This document shows positions 1 to 7,640 of a stretch of DNA of 29,676 nucleotides, piece by piece; within the stretch, counting starts at the first letter, position 1, and every line of letters begins with the position of its first letter. This stretch comes from an uncultured Candidatus Saccharibacteria bacterium. GTDB lineage: Bacteria; Patescibacteriota; UBA1384; JACPKC01. A program made the position numbers and the translations under genes. Under the pieces are notes generated by a model. It did not search any database, had not been told where the DNA came from, and saw nothing but the letters and a program-made list of their open reading frames with translations. The DNA is taken from positions 1 to 29,676 of the forward strand of contig CAZWUV010000001.1 in the NCBI GenBank assembly GCA_964636735.1. The letters are read 5' to 3'.

Positions 1-396
1 GAGGTAGATACTGAGTTTATATATACTTTAACAGATGGATTGAAGGACAAGGTTGATGAAATCGATAGGCTTATTATGGAGGTGGCTCCGGATTGGCCTC
101 TTGATCAAATTGCTGTAATCGATAAAACACTGCTTCGTGCTAGTGCTTTTGAACTTAAATATATGCCCGATATTCCACCAAAGGTTGTCATAAACGAAGC
201 TGTTGAGCTTTCTAAGGCATTCGGGGGCGAGAATTCGGCCAAATTTGTCAATGGCGTTCTTGGCACAATATACAAGCAAGATCCTCGTTTTAGCGAAGAT
301 GGGTTAGAAGAAATTATGGAAATCGATGACAGTTCGGACTCCTCTGAGCAAACTATGTCAGAAATAACAGAAAATGATAATGACGATGCAAAATAA
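1..396 (+). CDS. nusB: Transcription antitermination factor NusB (5'-truncated by window edge), with acidic C-terminal tail
   Basis: Frame is open from base 1 ([10 protein letters not shown]...). It carries the NusB motifs [35 protein letters not shown] and FVNGVLG. nusB directly before rnc is a common CPR arrangement. Confidence 0.93.
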   Translation, partial: EVDTEFIYTLTDGLKDKVDEIDRLIMEVAPDWPLDQIAVIDKTLLRASAFELKYMPDIPPKVVINEAVELSKAFGGENSAKFVNGVLGTIYKQDPRFSEDGLEEIMEIDDSSDSSEQTMSEITENDNDDAK

Positions 397-1081
397 TTCA
401 AAGCTCCAAGAGTATCTTGAAAAACTAGACATTCCGGCAAAAGATTTTAATTTATTTCAACAAGTTTTTGTGCACCGATCTTATTTAAACGAACATCGTT
501 CTTTTCCACTTCCTCACAATGAACGATTAGAGTTTTTGGGTGATGCCGTGCTTGAGCTTGTTGTGACAGATTTTTTGTATAAAAATTATGAAAATCCCGA
601 AGGTGAGTTAACTGCTTGGCGCGCTGCCTTGGTGCGCGGAGAAATGCTGTCAAAGATTGCTCATCAGATTGGCATGGAGGACTATTTGCTTATGAGCAAG
701 GGTGAACGCAAGAGTCAGGGGCGTTCAAGGGATTATTTGCTCGCCAATGCTTTCGAGGCTTTAATTGGTGCGATTTATTTGGATTTAGGTTACGAAGAAG
801 CGCGTAAGTTTATTGAAAAGCATTTATTGGTGCGCCTAGATAATGTACTTGAAAACCAGCTTTATTTAGATGCAAAAAGTCATTTGCAGGAAATTGCTCA
901 AGAAAAACTAAGCATTACTCCAAATTATAAAACCCTCAAAGAAGAAGGCCCTGATCACGATAAAACTTTTATTGTTGGTGTTTATGTTGGCGATAAGTTG
1001 CTTGCAGAGGGCAAGGGTCAAAGCAAGCAAAAAGCCGAACAAGACGCTGCCAAAAATGCGCTAGAAGATTGGGAAAAGTAA
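386..1081 (+). CDS. rnc: Ribonuclease III
   Basis: HRSY, the signature [28 protein letters not shown], and a C-terminal dsRBD (DAKSHLQE...GPDHDKTF...[14 protein letters not shown]). The start could be 374, 380 or 386. Confidence 0.97.
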   Translation: MQNNSKLQEYLEKLDIPAKDFNLFQQVFVHRSYLNEHRSFPLPHNERLEFLGDAVLELVVTDFLYKNYENPEGELTAWRAALVRGEMLSKIAHQIGMEDYLLMSKGERKSQGRSRDYLLANAFEALIGAIYLDLGYEEARKFIEKHLLVRLDNVLENQLYLDAKSHLQEIAQEKLSITPNYKTLKEEGPDHDKTFIVGVYVGDKLLAEGKGQSKQKAEQDAAKNALEDWEK

Positions 1082-1219
1082 ATTTACTTTTCAGGAGCAA
1101 GAGGTATCGAGTAAAAACTTATTTTTATCAACCTAGTTCTCGAGAAGCTGTAGGCAGTCTCTAGAATAAGTTTTGTATCTGCTTTGACAGAATTTTGGAA
1201 AGACTCCTAGAGGCAAAAT

Positions 1220-1245
1220 AAAAGCCCTTCGAAAGAGGGGCTTTT
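1220..1245. terminator. Bidirectional intrinsic terminator between rnc and the PaaX-like gene
   Basis: AAAAGCCCTTC-GAAA-GAGGGGCTTTT hairpin between convergent genes. Confidence 0.8.
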
Positions 1246-1269
1246 GGGTTGTCTTTTAATTTAGCTGTG

Positions 1270-1995
1270 TCAGTCTTCGTAACAATGCTCTCTAACTTTT
1301 TCGTATAGTTTTTGTGCTTGGTTTTGAGTATCGGCGATTGGGGAATATTTTTGCGGAATTTTAGGATCACTGGCGCAAGATTTGGCATAGTTAAAAACTA
1401 AAAATCTAGCAAAAAGAGATTTTTTATTTTTGGAGTTCAGGAATTTTTGTGTTTTTTGGATAAAGTTCTTGTATTGCTTATCAAGATTTTTCCAGTCAAA
1501 TTCTAAATTTTTAACTAGTATAGAAATATCAGCTTCACTTAATCGAGGTTGCAACGTGGTAACAAAGTTTTTTAATTTTGGGTCTTGGATAATCTCTTCT
1601 AGCTCAAAGGATACATCTCGAGCATTTACCCAAAGTGAGTTTTGCATTCTACCAAATCCAGAACTGATAAGTTTATGTCTGAGTAAATCACGGTATTTGC
1701 GATGTTTTTCGGGGATGTTAAAAATCACAAAGAACCAATACTCGTCCCAATCTTTTTCGTTCGTTAAGGAAATATGATTTAGGGTTTTTGTGACAAAATC
1801 TTGCCCTGCACTAGTGATGGCGTAAGATTTAATTTTGCCTTGAGTTTTAATCCGAATTAGATTTTTGCCCGCAAGTCGACCAAGGGTGGATGAAATAGAT
1901 TGTTTAGTTTTATTTTCGAGCTCAACAACGCATTCATCTAACGTTCGGTAGGCTTCGTCATCAAAAAGGATTAGTAATTCATCTATAATAGTCAT
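1270..1995 (-). CDS. PaaX-family transcriptional regulator (winged HTH + Cas2-like central domain + C-terminal helical domain)
   Basis: N-terminal wHTH (SISSTLGRLAGKNLI...YAITSAG) followed by WDEYWFFVIFNIPEKHRKYRDLLRHKLISSGFGRMQNSLWV, matching the PaaX central-domain pattern WDGxWxxxxFDIPExxRxxRxxLRxxLxxxGFgxxQxSxW. Confidence 0.82.
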   Translation of the reverse strand: MTIIDELLILFDDEAYRTLDECVVELENKTKQSISSTLGRLAGKNLIRIKTQGKIKSYAITSAGQDFVTKTLNHISLTNEKDWDEYWFFVIFNIPEKHRKYRDLLRHKLISSGFGRMQNSLWVNARDVSFELEEIIQDPKLKNFVTTLQPRLSEADISILVKNLEFDWKNLDKQYKNFIQKTQKFLNSKNKKSLFARFLVFNYAKSCASDPKIPQKYSPIADTQNQAQKLYEKVREHCYED

Positions 1996-2001
1996 ACTAT
2001 T

Positions 2002-2049
2002 AGGTTATCCACGTTCGGCGATTGTGTCAAATAAAAGAATGTGGATAAC
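2002..2049 (-). promoter_or_regulatory. Sigma70-type leaderless promoter of the PaaX-like gene, bracketed by a 9-bp inverted repeat of DnaA-box-like sites
   Basis: On the minus strand TTGACA (2030-2025), a 17-nt spacer and TAACCT (2007-2002) lie 6 nt before the ATG at 1995. GTTATCCAC (2004-2012) and GTGGATAAC (2041-2049) form a perfect inverted repeat. TGTGGATAA (2040-2048) is a consensus DnaA box and TTATCCACG (2005-2013) is an 8/9 match. Confidence 0.7.
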
Positions 2050-2096
2050 TTTTTTTAAGGCAGATTTTCTAAGTCTGGTGAGAGAGGTAAAAAGTC

Positions 2097-3104
2097 TTAA
2101 TTCCATTGATACGAATCATAGACCCAGCGGATAAGCTTGCTTGATTCGCGTGCACTCGCCTCTGGTCCGCGTGGATTTGCATCCATAATAACAGCAGAAA
2201 TTGGATGATTGTCTTTGTTGGAATAAGTAATTAGCAGGTGTCCTGCCTCTGGGGTAAAGCCAGTTTTTAGACCTTTAACGTATGGCAAGTAAAGTGGGTG
2301 CTCGCCAATAATTAGGCGGTTGGAGTTAGATAGATGGTGCGAAATTGTTTTATCTACTGATGAAATGGTTGTTTCTTTTATTTGGGCAATTTCTAGAATT
2401 TTTGGGTATCTCGATGCAAAAGCGCCTAGTATTGCCAGGTCTTTGGCAGTTGAGGTAGCAGAGTCATCTAGTCCTGAAGGAGAAAGAAAGACTGTATCGT
2501 TCATGCCAATTAGTTGCGCTTTTTCGTTCATTTTGGCGATGAATTCTTTTTCACCCATATGTTCCGCAAGCGCCATGGCTGCATCGTTGCCAGAAGGAAT
2601 AAGTAATCCCTTTAAGAGATTTTCGATGGTAATTTTTTCGCCTGTTCTAAGGCCAATCGTTGAGCCGATTTGCGTAGCAGAATTTTTACTGATTGTTGCT
2701 ATTTCGTCTAACTGGTAGTTTTCTAGGGTAAGTACGGCAGTCATTAGCTTGGTTGTGGATGCAAAAGGTTTTTTGACTGTGGCATTGTGAGATGCAAGCG
2801 GGTAGCCTGTTTTTATATCAATAGCATAGTACGCTCCAGCATTTACTGGTGGATTTGTTGTGCCTACTTTTTCTGGAGGCAAGGAAATCTCCGGAGGCTC
2901 TAAATCACTAAGTGCAACATCTTTAATTCCAGCGATTTGTTGATTTGTGGTTTGTTGTAGTTTTTCTTGATTGCTTGCAAAATCCTGTGCCGGCAGAGCT
3001 GCAAAGTTATCCATCATCTTTAAAGACCCATAGATTGCCAAAACGGCCACAGTCGGCAAAATAAACTTTTTCTTTGTTTTTTGGGGTTGGATTTCTGGTT
3101 CCAT
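2097..3104 (-). CDS. D-alanyl-D-alanine carboxypeptidase (peptidase S11, low-MW PBP) with N-terminal membrane anchor
   Basis: SxxK (FASTTKLMTA), SxN (PSGNDAA) and KTG (GLKTGFT) motifs in the correct order, plus an N-terminal hydrophobic segment. Confidence 0.93.
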   Translation of the reverse strand: MEPEIQPQKTKKKFILPTVAVLAIYGSLKMMDNFAALPAQDFASNQEKLQQTTNQQIAGIKDVALSDLEPPEISLPPEKVGTTNPPVNAGAYYAIDIKTGYPLASHNATVKKPFASTTKLMTAVLTLENYQLDEIATISKNSATQIGSTIGLRTGEKITIENLLKGLLIPSGNDAAMALAEHMGEKEFIAKMNEKAQLIGMNDTVFLSPSGLDDSATSTAKDLAILGAFASRYPKILEIAQIKETTISSVDKTISHHLSNSNRLIIGEHPLYLPYVKGLKTGFTPEAGHLLITYSNKDNHPISAVIMDANPRGPEASARESSKLIRWVYDSYQWN

Positions 3105-3125
3105 ATAATTAAATTATAGCAGATC

Positions 3126-4499
3126 TTAGCCAAGCTTAATATGTACATCCTGCAAGTTCTCTGATGGTAGTGGTGTAGGAGCACCGGTTAAAGGCTCTTG
3201 GGCATCCCCTGTTTTTGGAAAAGCAGTAACTTCGCGAATGTTTTGCTCTCCAAGCAAAAGCATAACAAGGCGCTCTAAGCCAAAGGCTAATCCGCCATGT
3301 GGGGGCACACCATACTCAAAGGCTTCAAGTAAGTGTCCAAATCTCTCATCGATTTCTTTTGCTCCTATGTTTAGAATTTTAAATATTTTATTTTGCAAAT
3401 CTTTCTCGTGAATTCTAATACTACCACCAGCAATCTCAAAGCCATTTAGCACCAAATCGTAAGATTGGGCGCGCGCCTTAATGGGTTCGGATTCTAGTAG
3501 ATTTAAATCATCGTCTTTGGGGCGAGTAAAGGGATGATGAACAGAAACCATTTTGTTATGAGTTTGGGATTTTTCAAGTAAAGGAAAATCTATAATCCAA
3601 GCAAAGGCGAGCTCTTTGGGATTATTTTTATCTTCGCGCAAATCTGGTTTGTCTGAATGGTATTTTTCGATTGCTTCGGTATAAGTTAGGCGTTTAAATG
3701 GACTAAATGTAAGTTTGTGGTCAGGAAACTCTTTTTTAACTAATTCAATCACCATTTCTTCAACGAGCGCCAAAATATCTTCTTGGTCAATAAAGCTCAT
3801 TTCCATATCAAATTGAGTGAATTCTGGTTGGCGGTCTCCACGCTGATCTTCATCGCGAAAACAGCGAGCAACCTGAAAATACTTATCAATTCCACCCACC
3901 ATCAAAAGCTGCTTGTATTGCTGAGGCGACTGTGGTAGAACATAGAATTTATGCTCATGTAGACGAGAAGGGACAATAAATTCTCGTGCTCCCTCTGGGG
4001 TGCCTTTGGTTAAAAAAGGCGTTTCAATGTCGAGAAAGTCTCGCTTACCAAGAAAATTACGCATAAAAGATATAATCTGATTGCGAACAACTAGATTTCT
4101 TGTCATGCGCTCGCTACGCAAATCCAGGTAGCGGTGCTTGAGGCGCAATTCTTCATCAACTGGCAAGGTGCTTTTGTCAATTTCAAATGGTGGAGTTTTG
4201 GCTTCTGATACAATGTGGATTTTGGTTGCTTGAAGCTCGATATCGCCCGTTAAGATGTTGGCGTTGCGCAGATTTTCGGGACGCTGCGCAATTTTTCCTG
4301 TAATTTTGACAACAAATTCTGGGCGGAGAGATTTTATGTCGCCTTCTGTCCATTTGCCGGCAACAACCTGTAATAATCCCCAGCGGTCGCGCAAATCAAA
4401 AAAGCTAATTGAACCGTGATCACGCCTTGTATGGATCCAGCCATATATTTCGACTTCTTCGCCTATTTTTTTGATTGTATCTTTGGTGAGAATTCTCAT
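3126..4499 (-). CDS. aspS: Aspartate--tRNA ligase, bacterial type, lacking the GAD insertion domain
   Basis: OB-fold RRDHG..FFDLRD, RLKHRYLDLR, TPEGAREF, LPQSPQ, FRDEDQRGDRQPEFTQ, GGSIRIH, PPHGGLAFGLER. SDKPDLR is joined almost directly to FAWIIDFP. Confidence 0.97.
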   Translation of the reverse strand: MRILTKDTIKKIGEEVEIYGWIHTRRDHGSISFFDLRDRWGLLQVVAGKWTEGDIKSLRPEFVVKITGKIAQRPENLRNANILTGDIELQATKIHIVSEAKTPPFEIDKSTLPVDEELRLKHRYLDLRSERMTRNLVVRNQIISFMRNFLGKRDFLDIETPFLTKGTPEGAREFIVPSRLHEHKFYVLPQSPQQYKQLLMVGGIDKYFQVARCFRDEDQRGDRQPEFTQFDMEMSFIDQEDILALVEEMVIELVKKEFPDHKLTFSPFKRLTYTEAIEKYHSDKPDLREDKNNPKELAFAWIIDFPLLEKSQTHNKMVSVHHPFTRPKDDDLNLLESEPIKARAQSYDLVLNGFEIAGGSIRIHEKDLQNKIFKILNIGAKEIDERFGHLLEAFEYGVPPHGGLAFGLERLVMLLLGEQNIREVTAFPKTGDAQEPLTGAPTPLPSENLQDVHIKLG

Positions 4500-4509
4500 C
4501 TTATTTCCT

Positions 4510-6444
4510 TTATCTAATAATTGCCTCGAATGATTTTTCGATTGATTTTAAAAGTTTATTATTTAAATTGTCTACTTCTTCTTGCTCAAGAGTTTTATTT
4601 ATATTGGAATAAAAAACTCTAAACGTAACACTTTTTTTATTGAAACCAAATTTTTCATGAGAGAATTCATCTAGTAAAATTACATTCTCAATTAGACTAT
4701 TAAAAGTCAAAATAAAATTCTTAAGAGTACTAAAATTAACATCCGCATCTATAATTATTGAGGTGTCTCTGGTGGATGGTGGAAATTTAGAGACGGGGCG
4801 GTAATTAGATTGATCCTGATAAATCATAAAATTATCAGGAATATTTGGCTTTAACTGTTTAAGATCTGCGAGAGAGATTTCAAATGTAGCAACGTACTTT
4901 TTGCGAATTTTATACGCATCTTTTAGCTTTTGGTCAAAGTTTGCAACATTACCGGAGGCAATTAGCTTGTCTGCGTCTACTGATAGCTTAAGTGCAAGTT
5001 TGCGTAGGATTTCTTCGATTTTTTGAGTTCTTCCTGCAACGGCTAAAATTAGGCTAGTTGTTTCGCTGTCGTTAAATATATGACCAACTTCAAAAATATT
5101 GATTGGGTCGAACCAAGAATTTTGAGCAATTACCTTTGCTGATCCTGGTGTTAAGGATGGTCGTGGATATTTTAAGTCTGGGTTTAAGGGGTTGAGGAGT
5201 GAATTTTGGGCAGTCAAGTTAAAATTTTCTAAATCTTTTTTACTAACAAAGCTATGTGTTTGCACTTCGCAAAAGTTTAAATCAAGCAGGGTATCCTTGA
5301 GTGTTTCTGCCCATTCCCAATCGCTTTGTAGGGATTTAAGGTCGCTTGCAGGAAGTTTTTGGGTTGGAATTTTGGAATTTAGTCCCTCAAGACGCATTAC
5401 TTCTTCTGCAATATCTTGCCAAATCTTGATATCAAGGCGCCAAGATGGTGCAACAACAGAGTTTTCTGCAGTATCAAATCCCAGCTTTTTAAGATATTGC
5501 TCTTGCTTGCTCTGTGAGATTTTGGTTCCCAGTAAGGAGTTGATTTTTTTTGAGTCAAAGTTGATTGTTGATCGATCTTCCTTGGCTGTTTTGGCTAAAA
5601 TTTTACCAGTAATTTTGGCTTCACCAAATTCTTTGGTTTGAATAAAATTACAAAATTCTGCTAAGACCATCGTGCTAATTTGTGGATCTACTCCCCGTTC
5701 GTAGCGCACAGAAGCATCAGTTCTGGCGGCAAGTTTTTTGCTGGCAATTCTAATTGCTGACTTGTCAAAAATTGCAGATTGCACAAAAATAGCGTTCGTA
5801 TTATTAGTAACTTCACTCGTAGCGCCACCTTGAATTCCTGCTAAGTCAACAAGTCCTTTTGCATCTTCGCCAACTATGACTCCTGTGGGCAAGGTATTGA
5901 CAATACTATTGATTGTTTCAACTTTTTCGCCTTTTTTGGACTCTCGAAGAGTAATTTCACGACCGTTAAGGGAGTGTAAGTCAAAAGCATGTAGGGGTTG
6001 CCCGTATAGTTCCATCAAGTAATTTGTTAGATCAACTACACTATTGATTGGCCTAATACCCATTAAAGACAATTCTTTTTTAAGCCAAGCCGGGCTTTGG
6101 ATAATAGTCAAGTCTTCCACAATAATTCCATGGTATTGAGGAATAAGGCTTGTTTTAAGCTTAACATTTAAAAATTGCGAATCAGGAATTTTATCGATTG
6201 CATGTTCGGATTTTAAAGTTAAGGCTTTCTGGTTGCTAAAATAGGCTTGCAATTCGCGCGCAATTCCTAGGTGGCTCATAGCGTCGCCGCGGCTTGGTGT
6301 TATCTCGACATCAAGCACCTCGCTCTCTCCTTCTAAAACCTCTGTTTCAAAGCCTAAGTCAATCAAAGCATCTGCCATTTCGTAGGCAGATTTTTCTGTT
6401 AATACATTAGATAATTTTGTTAGAATTTTGGGTAAAACTTTCAT
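4510..6444 (-). CDS. pheT: Phenylalanine--tRNA ligase beta subunit (no B2/OB domain)
   Basis: DVEITPSRGDAMSHLGIARE, PINSVVDLTNY..GQPLHAFD, RYERGVD, PSWRLDI..WQDIAEEVMR, and the C-terminal FDX-ACB domain (SKFPPSTRD...KKSVTFR...TLEQEEV). Confidence 0.95.
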   Translation of the reverse strand: MKVLPKILTKLSNVLTEKSAYEMADALIDLGFETEVLEGESEVLDVEITPSRGDAMSHLGIARELQAYFSNQKALTLKSEHAIDKIPDSQFLNVKLKTSLIPQYHGIIVEDLTIIQSPAWLKKELSLMGIRPINSVVDLTNYLMELYGQPLHAFDLHSLNGREITLRESKKGEKVETINSIVNTLPTGVIVGEDAKGLVDLAGIQGGATSEVTNNTNAIFVQSAIFDKSAIRIASKKLAARTDASVRYERGVDPQISTMVLAEFCNFIQTKEFGEAKITGKILAKTAKEDRSTINFDSKKINSLLGTKISQSKQEQYLKKLGFDTAENSVVAPSWRLDIKIWQDIAEEVMRLEGLNSKIPTQKLPASDLKSLQSDWEWAETLKDTLLDLNFCEVQTHSFVSKKDLENFNLTAQNSLLNPLNPDLKYPRPSLTPGSAKVIAQNSWFDPINIFEVGHIFNDSETTSLILAVAGRTQKIEEILRKLALKLSVDADKLIASGNVANFDQKLKDAYKIRKKYVATFEISLADLKQLKPNIPDNFMIYQDQSNYRPVSKFPPSTRDTSIIIDADVNFSTLKNFILTFNSLIENVILLDEFSHEKFGFNKKSVTFRVFYSNINKTLEQEEVDNLNNKLLKSIEKSFEAIIR

Positions 6445-6454
6445 ATTATTCTTT

Positions 6455-7137
6455 TTATTCTTTGCTAAATTGCGACAAAAATCTTAGATTGCCAGAGTAA
6501 AAATGGCGAATGTCTTCGATGTTGTGAGCTATGGCAACTAATCTGTCAATTCCCATGCCAAAGGCAAAGCCTTGGTATTTATTGGGATCTAAGCCCATAT
6601 TTTTAATAACGCCTGGGTGGATCATGCCGCCACCTAAGACTTCAAGCCATCTGTCACCCAGCTTAATGTATGCTTCTAATCCGGGCTCCACAAAAGGAAA
6701 AAATGCGGGCATAAATTTAATTTGAACATCTGCGCCGTACATTGCACGCAAAAATCTGTCAACGTACCTTTGAGTTGTGCCAGATTGATAGACTTATCAA
6801 TTGCAAATCCTTGAAGTTGATCAAAAACTGTTTCATGTGTAGCGTCAGTTGCTTCGTTTCTAAAGACACGTCCTGGAATTAAAAAACGTACAGGCGGTTT
6901 TTTATTTTTCATAGCAGGAATTTGAAAAGCGCTTGTGTGTGTTCGTGGCAACTTGCCATTTTCTAGCCAAAAAGTATCTTGCATATCACGAGCTGGATGG
7001 TCATGAGGAATTAAGAGGTCATCAAAATTATGCTTTTCGGTTGTAATTTCTGGACTATCGAGCACTGTAAAATCAAGCGCCTTAAAAACATTGACGGCTT
7101 GTCGCAGGTAAGAATTTATAGGATGCAAAGACTTCAT
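6455..7137 (-). CDS. pheS: Phenylalanine--tRNA ligase alpha subunit (short form), interrupted by a single-base frameshift at the A5 run 6750-6754
   Basis: The 5' ORF has LHP..NFDDL.IP.DHPARDMQDTF, RTHTS and GRVFRNE. The 3' ORF has FFPFVEPG, WLEVLGGGMIHP and GFAFGMGIDRL. Adding one T to GATTTTTGCG gives ...TLTDFLRAMYGADVQ... and fuses the two ORFs into one of about 227 aa. Confidence 0.92.
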
Positions 7138-7147
7138 GACAAGTTAG

Positions 7148-7546
7148 TTAAGAGAGTTTTGAGGTAAATGAATATTTTTTAGCAGAGATGGTTATTTCGG
7201 CAAATACAATTGATGCAATAAGTAGAATTGCGCCCCATAAATTTAAAACACCTAGAAGTTGAAGCGTTAAAAGTCCACCTGCTACTAGCATGAGTTCAAC
7301 TGATTGACGGATTGATGCTTTAACAAAATTTTGTGGTGGAGTCTTTCTGAAAATTATTCTACGTATTGCAATTCCCAAAAAAGAAAAAAAAGAAATAATC
7401 ATCAAGGAAAAGCCAGCAATTAGCCCTAAATATGTCATTAGGTCAGCGTCTTCTTGTGGAATGGTCATTAAGATACCAAGTGTTAAGAGTGAGCCAAAAA
7501 ATAGGCCAGAAGCAAACATTTGATAAGGATTATTTTCTTTTAGCAT
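7148..7546 (-). CDS. Hypothetical integral membrane protein (about 4 TM helices)
   Basis: 132-aa ORF with four hydrophobic stretches, 10 nt upstream of pheS on the same strand. Confidence 0.75.
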   Translation of the reverse strand: MLKENNPYQMFASGLFFGSLLTLGILMTIPQEDADLMTYLGLIAGFSLMIISFFSFLGIAIRRIIFRKTPPQNFVKASIRQSVELMLVAGGLLTLQLLGVLNLWGAILLIASIVFAEITISAKKYSFTSKLS

Positions 7547-7640
7547 AATTTAAAGTTTATCAGAATTAGTGATTTACCTCAAGGCATTTGCGTACTTTCT
7601 TTTTGCATGATAACTTAACAATATAGTAATTAGGGCAAAT

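Noticed and set aside
1430-1780. Cas2-like domain suggesting a CRISPR locus
   Set aside because: It is the central domain of a PaaX-type regulator. No cas1, other cas genes or repeat-spacer array occur in the window.
6748-6757. Programmed -1 ribosomal frameshift in pheS
   Set aside because: There is no X XXY YYZ heptamer or evident stimulatory structure; a homopolymer indel is more parsimonious.
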